DNA from: Somniosus microcephalus
Taxonomy: Eukaryota
Direction of reading: 5' to 3'
Length of the DNA stretch: 64,000 bases
Assembly (NCBI GenBank): GCA_052327205.1
Contig: CM126204.1
Coordinates: 270,506,001 to 270,570,000, forward strand
In this document: in pieces, positions 31,701 through 43,735 of the stretch
Layout of the letters: each line of letters opens with the position of its first letter
Numbering within the stretch: the first letter of the stretch is position 1
The notes under the pieces: model-generated
The model's input: the letters and a program-made list of their open reading frames with translations, nothing else
What the model was told of the DNA's origin: nothing
Database searches by the model: none
Position numbers and translations under genes: made by a program

Positions 31701-34653
31701 GCAGATCACATATTTCTTTTTTAACTTGGTCACAAGCCTATTAAATGTGGAATCCCATCACCATGCTTAAGAATCTCCAAACTAAACTATTAGGAAATCC
31801 ATGTAAGTATAGTTTCCATTTGTCTCATTTGGAGTGCACACTCTCTTCCCATAAGCATACACCCATTTACTTAAGTTCATAAAACTTAGAGTTAGGGATC
31901 CCCAATCTTGTGATGGGGTACTGCTGGAGTTTAACCAGCTAAAACTGCATACAGAGCACCAGTGAACTGCTTGTCCAGTTACAGCCTCCCTACTTTAGAG
32001 ATTATCTGGAAGCAAGTGTGAAGAGTCTCAGGCCCCAGTGACATGTATCCTTCCAGGTCCCAGCGCTGAGCCAACCAAGTTCACCAATCATAAAGAGTGC
32101 CCTGGCATACTGTATCTGTCTCAAGTATCAAATTGTTGAGTCTGCCAGAGAGGATCGGCTCAGTTCTAATCTCCCATTGTTAGGTGTGCAACCTTTGCGC
32201 TGACTCAACCCCAAAGAGACCTCACTTACACAGAAGTTGCTTGAAATCACAAGAACCCAATGAAGCAATAATGACAAATGGAGGACTTTGAAGATTGTTT
32301 AGCTGACCCAAGAACCATGAAAATGCTTTGTGTGAAACACCCCTTATTTAATGATTGGACTTCAAGTCTGCAATTACATTGTATGCTTAAATGACAGCTT
32401 TTTAATGAAATAATATGCCTACTTTAAAAAATAAAACACTAAAACAAAAGGAGGCAGCAGTTTGTTTCTGATGACTTTAAAGGACTGCAGCAAACCTTGT
32501 TGAGATCAGTTAATTCGAATATGAAAAAAATGCAAATACAAGAAATCTGAAATAAAACCAAAAATACTGGAAACAGGTAGCAAGTCTGCAGGCACCTGAA
32601 AAGAGAATAGCAAATTAAGTTCTAGATGTAAAGCCTTTGTCAGAGTAGCAATTGAACCTAGATCGTCTGCCCCTATAGCTCAGTAGAACGTGGTGCTAGA
32701 CGACTTTAATAGGCAAGTTTGGAAAAAAGCATGACAGTACTGTACTAGTATTCAGTTGCAGCTTGCATGGGCTGTGGTTATGCAAATTACAGCCGGTATT
32801 TTTAGGCTCGTGCATGTACACTTCTCAGTGTCCCCGAATTCAGACTCTAGGCTGGCATTAAAATACAGTAAATAGAGCATTTTTAAGTTCAGTTACCTAT
32901 ACAATACACCTAAAAGCCAAGTCGTGGTGAGTTGGAGCGTTTTTGTGCGGTACATTTAATGCTGATGCCAGGTTTAAAATACAGATCCCGGATATGGTTT
33001 AAGATTTCTACTTTTTTTCCCTTAAAAAAAAATCAGTGAAGTCATTGTTCACAAAGGTAATTAATTCAAGTTCTGAACTGAAAATTGTAACATCTTTAAA
33101 AAGGGATGGTTCTGTCTGTTTGAGAAATAGTATTCGCAAAGCGTTTAAAATGGGTTGTATTTCTTTGTGGTTACACGGTTATATGTACTGCAATATACAA
33201 ACAAACAGACCTTGTATAAACACACACACACGTAATTTAAAATCGACCTAAGGCAAGATGCATGGATTCGAACAATAATTCTGGTTGTGGTCACAGAAAT
33301 TACCGATTAATCTAGATATGTTTATACTTCATGCACGCAGGAAGCCGGTTCTGAATAATTTACTATAAACCATCCTGGAAGCTGGAGAAGTTAAACATTG
33401 GGTCTAGACGGTTAAGCCTCGCATTGATTGTGCACAGGATGGCTCGGGCTTTTTCACTGCTGTTGAATGAGGGGGGGGGGGGGTCTGATATTGTTACTAA
33501 CTAGAAGGATTTAGCAAACTGGTAAACGCCACCGCTCCCAGTGCCTGTTCCAGAATGAGTTGCAGTCTATAGGATCCGATCCAATTGAATGGAAAACTAC
33601 TGCACATCACGTGCATGCAAACCGGTTTCGATCAGTTCCAAACTGTTGCATTTCTCATTCTCCTATTCGCACCAGGGAGCCTTAAAAGGGGGCAAAATAT
33701 ATTCTACCACACAAAAATAAAGATATTAGAGCATCGCGCGAATAATTAATGACAGTGCAGTCACTTTTGTGCAGCTCTATTCTGAACTACCTCTCCACGC
33801 GTTATATTTTTACCTGAACCATATGCTTTGCGTTGCATGCGCTTTTGTTCATGTGCGTTAGGGTTTTGCAACATTGATTTAAAACCGAGTAATCAGAATC
33901 CGGTTTTGTACAGCTCTGCACTTAACTCTGTATGAACCTAACATCTCCTTTTCACTGCCCGAGGGGGTTGGGGGGGGCGGTCGACTTTGTTAAAGCAGAA
34001 ACATTGCATTTTTGATAAGCAACGAAAATACATCAATTACTATGGGAAAATAACTAGAAAATAATGTAATATCCAGAACGTTTAACCAAAACAAAAATGA
34101 ATGCGAGAGAAAAAGATTTGAGCGTTAAAACAATGGGATTTTGTTTAATTTTTGTTTGGACTTTCTGCCGAATGCACGACTCCGTCCCAGGTTTTTACAG
34201 CTGCCGCCAAGCGGGGGGATGCCGCCCTAGCCTGGAATAGCGTAAGGGGAAGGGGGGGGTGTTAGAAACTCCTGGGCACAGTTTCCAGGCTCCCCCTGTC
34301 GATGTATCTCAGCAGTCGACCAATCAGCGCAGCCCGTCTCTGTAACCAAACTGGCCAGTCACTCCAGCGGGAAACTCCCGCCCACCTGCCTGGGTTTGAT
34401 TGGCGCAGGGGGAGAGCGGCCTGCGGGTGATTGACGCGGCGAGGAAGGTACCGATTGGCCAGCGGGAGAGATTGACGCATGACACCGGCAGTCGATTGGC
34501 CGAGCCCCCTGCCGCTCTCGCGCCGCAGGCGGGGCCGAGGCCGCCCTTTCCGCTGCCGGGGCTGGGCTGCGTGCGCGGACGCGGCGATGGGGTCGCCCCG
34601 GGTTTGATGGTTTGACAGGTGCCCGACGCCAGGCAGCTCCTTCCCCAAAAAGC

Positions 34654-34709
34654 ATGTTCGCCAAAAGCAAAGGTTCGGCGGTGCCCTCGGACGGGCAGGC
34701 TCGAGAAAA
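34654..34709 (+). CDS. SSBP3: SSBP3 (single-stranded DNA-binding protein 3 / SSDP1) coding exon 1
   Basis: MFAKSKGSAVPSDGQARE(K), 56 nt, donor GTAAGT at 34710. The MF start and SDGQ residues fit SSBP3 rather than SSBP2 or SSBP4 (MY..., SDSQ). Confidence 0.95.
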
Positions 34710-35021
34710 GTAAGTTTAATTTTGGTGCTTGAAAAAATGAGAGATTTCTCACCGTTTACTGGCTCCCCGGGGCCGGACAGCGGCCGCTGCAAATCCCGGG
34801 GATTAAATCTCTTTTCATTATTATGTTTTTGACTCGCACGCTGTGCGTTTCCGCTTCTTTAAAGAAACTGAATGAAACATTGTGTCCGGCGGGGCGGGCT
34901 GGGTGCAGCGCCGCTCGCTGACAACCCCCCAGCTCCTCTCTTGCTCTCTCTCCCTCTGCATTCCCGCTGCAATAAATAGAAAGCCTTGTAACCGGCTCCT
35001 TTGTGTCTCCTTCGCCCGCAG

Positions 35022-35094
35022 GTTGGCTCTGTACGTGTACGAATATCTGCTTCATGTCGGGGCACAGAAATCTGCACAGACCTTCCTCTCAGAG
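35022..35094 (+). CDS. SSBP3: SSBP3 coding exon 2 (LisH/LUFS)
   Basis: Acceptor cgcag at 35020-21, translation (K)[24 protein letters not shown], donor GTAACT, 73 nt. Confidence 0.97.
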
Positions 35095-35318
35095 GTAACT
35101 GCATATCTCCATCACTCCGCTTTAGCCTTTGTTTCTCAGGCGGACAATCTCGCCTCCATTTTGAATTGTGTTAACCTTTTGCCATTTATTGTGGCTACAA
35201 AACAAAAAAAAATTCTATTCAACTGACTAGTTCTGAATGCAGCCTGCCCCCGACTCCCTATCCCCCTTTTTCTTCTGTACTTATTCTGAGTGTTTTTTTT
35301 GTTGTTTATGTTTTGCAG

Positions 35319-35380
35319 ATACGATGGGAGAAAAATATTACATTAGGAGAACCTCCTGGGTTTTTACACTCCTGGTGGTG
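35319..35380 (+). CDS. SSBP3: SSBP3 coding exon 3 (LUFS)
   Basis: Acceptor ttttgcag, translation [20 protein letters not shown](C), donor GTAAGT, 62 nt. Confidence 0.97.
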
Positions 35381-36054
35381 GTAAGTAGATAATTTTAAGT
35401 GTCCCACATTGGGCTTGTGTAGAGTTCCCATCATCGCTCCCAGTGATAAATGTAGATACTTTGATTGTGTTTTCTCCTGGAACTTCTTGGCAACATTGTA
35501 CCAAAAAATACTGATAATGGAGATCAACAATGGGCTATAGTAGCAACAGGCATCTCCTTGATAAAATCGGAAGTTTTGGTGTTGATTAAACATCCTTTCA
35601 TTAAATAGTTTGCAGTTTATTAGCTGTGTTTTCTTTTAAATAGCTTTCATGGGTTGTTTTCAAAATTACATTTTGAGCCATGCAGGCACACGTTAGGATT
35701 TCAAATGTACATGAGATCATTTTGTAGCAATTGCAGTGACAGAAATTTCACCTGTGTATCATCCCCCACCCCCTTACTGTACTGCATAGTGCTCACAAAC
35801 TCTCATTGCTTTGCTGTTGGGTTTAAGCCTCTCTGGTGCTGTGTACAGTTACACCAGTTTATTATGTGGGTTTAAATTTGAAAAAAACCTCATGCTCTTG
35901 TATCTATCGTTACTTTGTTAAAGTGTTTGCCTGTGTTTAGGTGGGTTATTAGAGCTGTTGGGTAATTATGCAGCTTCAGTGCTTATCTTCACCTTGGAGG
36001 TTGAATCCAGTCATGAGGACTTGCTTTTTATCCCTAAGAAAAAAAGCAACTTCC

Positions 36055-36405
36055 AATTTTCTCTCCTTTAATGAACATTTTGCCTCTTGTGGAGTTGTGG
36101 TTCCACAGGTGATAGCAGTTATCCAGCTCCTCATCCAAGTAGCCATTCTTCATGTGGGAACCTAGACTTGTGTTGGCAGTCTATTTAATCATGAAGGGTA
36201 TTGCAGATGAGTCTGATTGGGTCTTTGCCTGATGTCCACACATGCCCATTTTCAAGAAGGTGAATGGAAGCCATGGCTAATTAACGTCTCTCCAACCCCC
36301 CCCCCCCCCCCCCCGGTTGAGGTCCAACCCAGTACAGACTGAAGAATCCGACCTGGGGTCTTTGCATTCTGTGGCTCAGTTCACACCAGGATAACTTTAT
36401 TGGGA
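36055..36405 (-). mobile_element. LF-SINE-like element
   Basis: Contains ggttccacagg...ccaagtagccattcttcatgtggg...tgttggcagtctattt...gatgtccacacatgc. Confidence 0.65.
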
Positions 36406-39400
36406 TTAGTTTTGTCTATTGGCTTGTTGGGTAATTGGAAGGATAGAGCTAGATGGTGTTGGTCCCTCTGCTTTGAGGGTGGTGGGATGAGGGAGAACTG
36501 TTGAATTTTTCAGCTGGGTGGCATTTTAGTGCATCGTCTTGGAGTGAAAAACTGAGAGGAGTCCCCACAGTGGTATTCCTCCTATTAACTGATTACAGAG
36601 TGATGCTGATCGCAGCTTCGGATCCACCCACACAGTCCTGCTGAAACTAAGAGGAAGTGGCAGCTGTTTGGGGATATATGGGTGTGGGAAAGATGCAAGG
36701 GAATCTGTCATTTAAACCTGGACATATTTAAAGTGAATTGGAAATTCCACAGCATAAACAGGACTGCTGTCTGTACATACCAGACTGGGATGTGTAAAAT
36801 TGTCTTTTGAATAAACAGATTTTTGGTGTGCAGCAATTTGTATTTGTGTAAACTGCTATAGAGTTAAAGTGTTGGTAAACATTTATTCATTCGTGTACTT
36901 GCATTTGTATGTTGTTTACATGTAAAATTTTGGGCGGTCTTAAGTTATTTACTGTAGTCAACCTGCTCGCAGGTTTCTATCCGTCACTGTGGGCTGGAAG
37001 TTAAGGCGCCTGAAGGAAGCCCAGGGGATGCGTTTCCCATTTTCAGCACCTCCATCGTTGAAAAAACGTTGGGAAGCACATGTGCTTTTGCTTGGCACCT
37101 CCATACTGTACCAATGTTCTTCGCTACGTAGCAAATCAAACTTGGGGCCCATTTCTTCATAGGGTGTGATGTATTGGTACTGAATGTCACAAATGCAAGC
37201 TATATCGCACTTTATAGAATTTAATAGCGCTGTCTTCCCACTCCCCCACCCAAAAAAGATCATTTACTTTTCTGATTATATGTAAATTGGGATGTAATAA
37301 GACTTCCCAGGAATGTTGGTAGGGAAATGTGCTAAGTGTGTCATTTTAGTATTGCTTTCTTTTTGTAACATTTGATCTGATGTTTGCCTTGATTTTTGGG
37401 AGCATCTACAGTACAAACGTTTGAATGTTTTTCCACCCCTGTTCTAGGCTCTCAGTGGTAGGGTCCTTGTAAATGTTGCTAACAGTCTTGGGTCTTCAGT
37501 GGGACACAGATTGTGAAGCATGCTGACTGTGATTTGGCTGTTTGTGTGTTGCGTTCATAAATATTGTCCTGGTTCATCATCTAACGGCAACTAGAAGGTG
37601 TACTTATTTATTCTGATTTTCTAACTGTGCTACTGATCTGTCTGCTTACGCTTTTTTAGAAAAGTGATTGATGACTTGAAATTGTGTTTATGCAATCCCA
37701 GGTGCATACCACCTAATGTTTGGAACCTGTTGGGTTTCTATATAGGTTTTAAAGTCCCTTCGGACTTCCGCGAGTCTATGTAATTATGTCTTGCACATAA
37801 TTGTGAGAATAGTAATGAATAGTAATCACATGATTGTATTTTGCTTCTGTCCTAAAAGTTCTGGTGTAAAGGTTCATGTTTTTGGTTACTGTACAAAAAA
37901 AACCTATCGACAGGCTAAGCACTAATGCACAATGCCACAGCGGCGCAAGACATGCATGTTCGATCTTAAACCCCCCTCTTTCCCTCCCCCCCCCCCCCCC
38001 CACAAACATTGTTTGTGATCTCATCTGCACTGTTATGGGGAAGAGTTGAGTGAAGGTGGTGAGCTTTGCCTGATGGCCTATGACCTTGGAGCCAGCTAAA
38101 AGGAAGCTTAGGCCTGGGAGCAAGTGGTCTAAAAGAGCAATGTTTAATATTTTTAGTGATTAATACTTCTAAGCTTCCTGAAAGATGAGCAGGTTAGATA
38201 CACTGTCCAGTGTAAGATTGAGCCATATAGACCAGGGAAGTTCCAGGTTCAATCTGTGTCTCTGCTAATCTCAGCCTGGGTGGTGGGGTGCTACAGTTGT
38301 CCTCAGTGACCCCGGGCTAGGGAGGGGAAGAACTAGCTAGAGCTACTGATTGTTATCAATTGACTCCTGCTGGAAGGGTGTGTGTGTTGAATGGAGGTGC
38401 ATGAAAGGGGATATGAGAGGTGTCAATAAAATATCAAGTGGAATAGAAAAGGTTGTAGTTAAACCGCAGCTGCAGGACTGAGCCGTGAGTACAAAGCGAC
38501 AAAAGCCAAGTTTTGGACCATCAGGAAGCACTGCACATAAAAAGTAATCAGTACTTGGAATGGTCTTCCAGCTAGGTGGTGGTGGAGGTCAAAGCTTGGG
38601 AGTCATTCAAGAGGCAGCCAGATGGGAGATTGTCAGTTTTATGGATGAGCTAGATGGGGCAAATGGCTGCTCTCTCTATTTATCTGTGAATCTGTGTTTG
38701 AGTGGGGTAAGCATAAGATGAGATTTACCCGAGATGCTGCTATGGTGGAATAACCTGCTGCCACTGTTTAGACGAACTGTCTAGTCTTTTGGAAGGCTGC
38801 TGATGCCTGTGGAATTGTATTTCAACATGTATCTGCTTTCAGGACAGGATTCAGTGGGGGTAGAATTTCTGACAAAAAAGTTGGTGGGGGGTGAAATCAT
38901 GATTTTTTGATCATGTTTACAATAATCTGCTGTCCCTAATTACTAGTAATTAGGAACTGCTCCAAGTAGGTCTGTTAAAATAAGGCAGGATTTCAGTTTG
39001 AGGACTGTGATGTGTGTATATATAGTACGAGTTGGAGAGATGTCAACGGGACACTAATTATATGGAATAATGACTGACTAGTTTGCAAATTTACAGGTTC
39101 AGTCAGGTAAATGTTTTAGTTGAGCACCTGCAGGTACAGGCCCGGGGTGGAACCTGGGGATTTGTGAATGCGCAGCACACAGCATGAATGGGACTGAGCA
39201 GATGCCTTGAAGCAGACTGAGAAGCTGATGGGTTGGAATTGTAACTGTTTCCTCGCAGTTAGTGTTTGCAGTCAAGTACTATGAGCATCAATTTACTTGA
39301 TACTCAGCCTAAGTAATATTACTTTTTTTACTCAGTTGTTATAAATATCAACATGAACTGAGTTATATTTTCTTGAATCCGCTGCTTTTTAAAGCCATGA

Positions 39401-39654
39401 ATTTATTAACTACTACTTGAAAATTGTAGCTGTTCTTGTGGTTTGGTTGCCTGTATACATCCTGTATTTATACAGCTTATCATTGAGAGCTGTGTATTAT
39501 TCACATGAGCACAGTGCATTGCAACCTAATGATCTTTGTTAACTGAACACTGTGCGTGTGTGTTTTGCATGTGCATGCCTGGAGTAGATGATTGTCTTAA
39601 GCATTTTAGAATAAGAGAAATAATTAGTGTAACAACTTTTTTTTTCTCCCCCAG

Positions 39655-39739
39655 TGTATTTTGGGACCTTTACTGTGCAGCTCCTGAAAGGCGAGATACA
39701 TGTGAACATTCGAGTGAAGCAAAAGCCTTCCATGATTAT
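39655..39739 (+). CDS. SSBP3: SSBP3 coding exon 4 (end of LUFS domain)
   Basis: Polypyrimidine tract plus AG at 39653-54, translation (C)[28 protein letters not shown], donor GTGAGT, 85 nt. RRDTC is the SSBP3-type residue string. Exon 5 was not found in the window. Confidence 0.97.
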
Positions 39740-41849
39740 GTGAGTTTTTTAAAAATTCCTTTGAATAATTGTAGGGTTAAATAATTATGTTGTGTAGAGA
39801 GTGGCTGCCAAATGGTGTGTAATTTCTGGAGTTGACAGTGTTGATGCTTGTTTGCAGATTCTTAATTATTTTGGGGTGGAATTTCATTGTTATAAATCTG
39901 TATCAAATACAAATCCTGTTCTAGAACTTACTGGTATACAGTTCAAAAATGATTGATTATGGATTTCTGGCCTGAATGAACATTGGTTGACTAGTAAGAG
40001 ATTTGGTTTGGCTTTGTTGGGTGTGTAACAAAAAGCAAATGCATAGTAAGGATTGAGAAAAATTTACAGTGATGTTAAAACACTGTTGGTATGATTCCTT
40101 GTGGACATTTTTTTTTTAAAGGTAGTTGAGCTACTGTGGATTTGTTATAGTTTTGCATAAACCTTGAAATCTGGTTTGCTCATGGGAAGGATTATTTGCC
40201 ACTGTTGCCTTTTGGTTATTGTCTTGCCTGCGTACTGTTACATGTAATGATTTTCAGCAGGTGGCTGGAGCACATCAATGCAGTGAAAGAGTCCCGGATC
40301 AGCCTGCTTTGTATCTAAGATCGAACATCAAAACTTTCAGTATCATATATTGGAAATTGTTCTGCATAATTTAAGAACAAGCTATGGGAATGTGTTTGTC
40401 ACAGAATGGAAATAATTTTTAAGCAGATCAAAAATAAAGTTTTTTTAAGTAGACCCCTGTGATGAAAAAAGAAAATGGAAACTTTTATAGTTTGGCAACC
40501 TAACAGAAATAGACTTTAATGTGAGCATTCTTTGAAGGCACTTTGTGATTGTGGATTGAGTGAGAATGAGATGCGTATTGGAGCAGAGTGTAACAGATTT
40601 TTTAGTTTGCTTTGCTGTTCTTCCCTGGTGAACGTCTGTTTTCATAGATGGGTTCGACTGGCTGCTGACACATGCTCTGCATAGTTAACACTTGGGCACT
40701 GGGGTGTCATAACTAAGTATGTCAGTGATAGTGAATGATAAATAGTGCAAACTGCTTTCTCAGTGTAAAGCTTGCGCTACAAGAGCAAGCTGCCTTTGTG
40801 GGAGTCAATTATTTTGGAAAACATTATCACGTTAGTGTGTGTAAAGCTGTTTCAAGAATTAATTTGTTTCACATAACTGCTCTTATTTCGAATTAAATAA
40901 TTTGGTCTGGACAGATGCTTATATGCAGACAGAAGTTTAAAAAAATGGAACAACCAACACGAAGCTCGGAATGCACAGAATATCTGTCAACAGATGTTAT
41001 GTGATGCTTTTTAGTAGGTAAAGCCTGGTCATCATACTGCCGCTGCTGTTTGGGTGTGCTCTGTAGTCTAATGATGACTGTTTGTATGGTTCAGCTCCGA
41101 GTTGGGCTCTTTTCTCTCATCTGCTTGCTAATGGAACATGAAGTAGACTCAATGTGCCTGTGTAAGAGTGAGAGCTGCACCTCCCCAGCGTGACTGTGCT
41201 AGAGCCTAGAAAATTTATAACCCTGGCACAAGGTTTTATGTGTTGGCCAGGTGACAACAACCTGTTTATGATTAACTGTACTGCAGGTGGAACTGAGTGG
41301 TTGGAGCCAGGCTAAAGTGACCAGTTGAGTAACGATAGTTTACCAAACTTTTAGGAAAAGGCGTTGAAGCATATATGCCGCATAATGTTGCAATGCTGCA
41401 ATATTCTGCAACGCACTAGAAAATGCAGTTTGACACTGAATTATTCTGTGTTTCTGGTCTTTTGTATAGACACTCCTTCAGTGGGATAAAATTGAGTATT
41501 TTGCATTTCTTGTGCTTTTTAAAAAAAAAAAAAAAAATTAAAAAAAATAGATTTAAATTACCCCAATATAAGTGGAAGATGTCTATAGAACTCCAGGTCA
41601 CATTAAGTTTTAAAACCTTCATTGTTAAAGTTGCTTATGTAAATCATAACTTATCTGAATATTTTGGCAGCCTCTGTGTTTAGTCTGCTGTAAGTATTGG
41701 ATGGCTTATAATGGGCAGCTATCATGGAAACCTGTTTCTTTGCAATGTAAAAGCGTCTAACCTGACTAATTTTGACCAAGAGTTGGTAATTACAGACAAG
41801 ACTTCTCAGTTTTGAGCAAAGAAAGCATTAGGTGAAAGAACCTTGTCTG

Positions 41850-42180
41850 ATCCCCAGCGGCTCAGTGGCTAAAGGCGCTGGTTCTGTGGTATTGAGTGAT
41901 ACAGACCTGGATGATGTTGGCTTTGATCCTCTTGGTGAGTTAGCTGATCTTCAACCAGAACAGCAGTTAGGATGCTGCAATTGACCTCCATACTCCTTGG
42001 AATGTTTTTTTAAGAGGAGGAAATGGGCTGAAAGTCTTGATTATGTTTGCTATCCAGTGATGGGTGGCTGATGAGCACAGGAAGAATACAAAACCCTTGA
42101 AGTCAAGAGGGTGCTGGTACCCATGGAACTGTGTACCGTTATAAGTCACTGCCAACAAGAGAAAGGAAAAATTGAAAGAA
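41850..42180 (+). mobile_element. LF-SINE-like element
   Basis: Contains cggctcagtggc...gatacagacctgg...gagttagctgatc...gctgcaattgacctc...gctatccagtga...ccatggaactgt. Confidence 0.65.
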
Positions 42181-43735
42181 TAAAGAATCTTCTATGAATG
42201 ACCTCTGTCCCAAGGTTAGACTTCCCTGTATGTAAAGCAGACATGTGTGCAGTCAGAACTTGATGGTTAGCTCAGACCTTTCTTGATGACTTGGTAGGTT
42301 TTTAAAATAAAAACATTGCTTGGAGTTGCTCAAAGCCAAACCTGAAGCATCCAGGTTTAATCGTGGTCTGTGATGGGTTAGCTGCTCTCGATTGAGGTAG
42401 TAGTTAGGGTGTTACAACTGGGCTGCCCACTTCTGGATTGGAACTGTGTAAAATCAGCTCCTGATCTTGTGATTCCTACTGGAAATTGGGCATTTGTTGA
42501 GAGCAGGATTGGGCTTGGCTATGATGCTGGTGCTCACTGTCTAGGCTTCTGCATAAAGAATGAAGATGAAGTTGGTGCCTACAAGGAGAATATTGGGAAG
42601 AAATGGGAAAGTGCCCAGAATTGAAAGATCATTGCTCAGCATTGGTGCCCAATGCTGATAGCATTCTAAACCAGAGTTTGCATAATGCTGGTGTGGTTAC
42701 CGTCATGGCCCTTTGGCCTTTGATTCTCTAAGAATGTCAGAAGGCATCTTTACATTGTCCTAAGGAGGTCCTGAGAAGCAGCTGCCTTTCTAATGAAAGT
42801 CTACTCGAGGCTGGAGCTCTGAGATTCAGTTGTGATCAAAGTACTCGACAGCAGCTTGCCAGATCGATGAAAATGTGGCTTTCCAATGACTGTTTATAGA
42901 CTGGATATACATTATAATAGAGATTGCAATTAAGACCGGGTGTACTGTGTCTCTGCCGTAAGTGTGCCCAGAGGGACTACAGTTTGCTTGTATGTCTACG
43001 CGTGAGTAGATTACATCGTAGAGCATTCACTTCTACAGTTGAATAGTGCAGTATCAACCTTTGCTGTAAGGATGCTTGCATTCTCCCTCAAGGTTCTTTT
43101 AAGTGATTGCCTGTTTCAGGTATCCAGAACCACTGTACAAGTCCTCATTATGCCATCATCCTAATAGTTAAAATCTGGTCACGTGTTAATATCACAATTG
43201 GCACCAAATAATGTTTTTATGCATATTTTCAATGGTTTGTATACATCTGGCTATAAATTAATGGCATAACTTCTGTGTGTATCAAATTTCCGTTGCAAGC
43301 GATTTCCTGTTTTGCTTTCTCTCAGACCCTCAAAATTGGGACCCAAGTACATCTCCAGCTAAAAGGGTGTGGTTCAACAGAAGTCAACATCTCCCCAAGT
43401 GCTCATTCTTGTGTGTGTCGATGGACTATTTGACTGTGGGAGCAGCAGCAGAGCCAGTTTTCACCTGATATGTATGAACATTTTCTGGCAGGGATCACTG
43501 GATAATGAATAGGAGCAAGAACGTGTTCTGATTTTGTTTTTTGCCTCCAGCCTAGGAACATAAAACCAATTATCCTAATTGCTACACCAGCAGAGGTTAC
43601 CTGACTGAGATTTGAATTTGAGACCCTCTAGTCTGGGTGAGGTAGTACTTTACTGGATGATGTGTTTACCTACTCGGCCATTGGAGGAGATGCAGTTTGC
43701 TGAGGTTTATCACCGCTTTGTCCTGTCTGCTGTAC

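Larger units (their letters stand above)
34140..35160. promoter_or_regulatory. SSBP3: SSBP3 CpG-island promoter with multiple CCAAT boxes
   Basis: Dense CpG and GC boxes. CCAAT at 34320 and ATTGG at 34399, 34454 and 34495. No TATA box seen. Confidence 0.85.

Noticed and set aside
34882-35226. 114-aa ORF containing [24 protein letters not shown]
   Set aside because: Only 35022-35094 is exon. The flanks are intron sequence that happens to be open, bounded by canonical splice sites.
34654-39739. Calling the gene SSBP4 (human KEAP1 and SSBP4 share 19p13) or SSBP2
   Set aside because: The diagnostic residues MFAK, SDGQ, LLHVG, RRDTC and [11 protein letters not shown] all match SSBP3.
40254-40270. 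Second CTCF-like motif tcagcaggtggctg
   Set aside because: Two mismatches to the core consensus and no supporting context.
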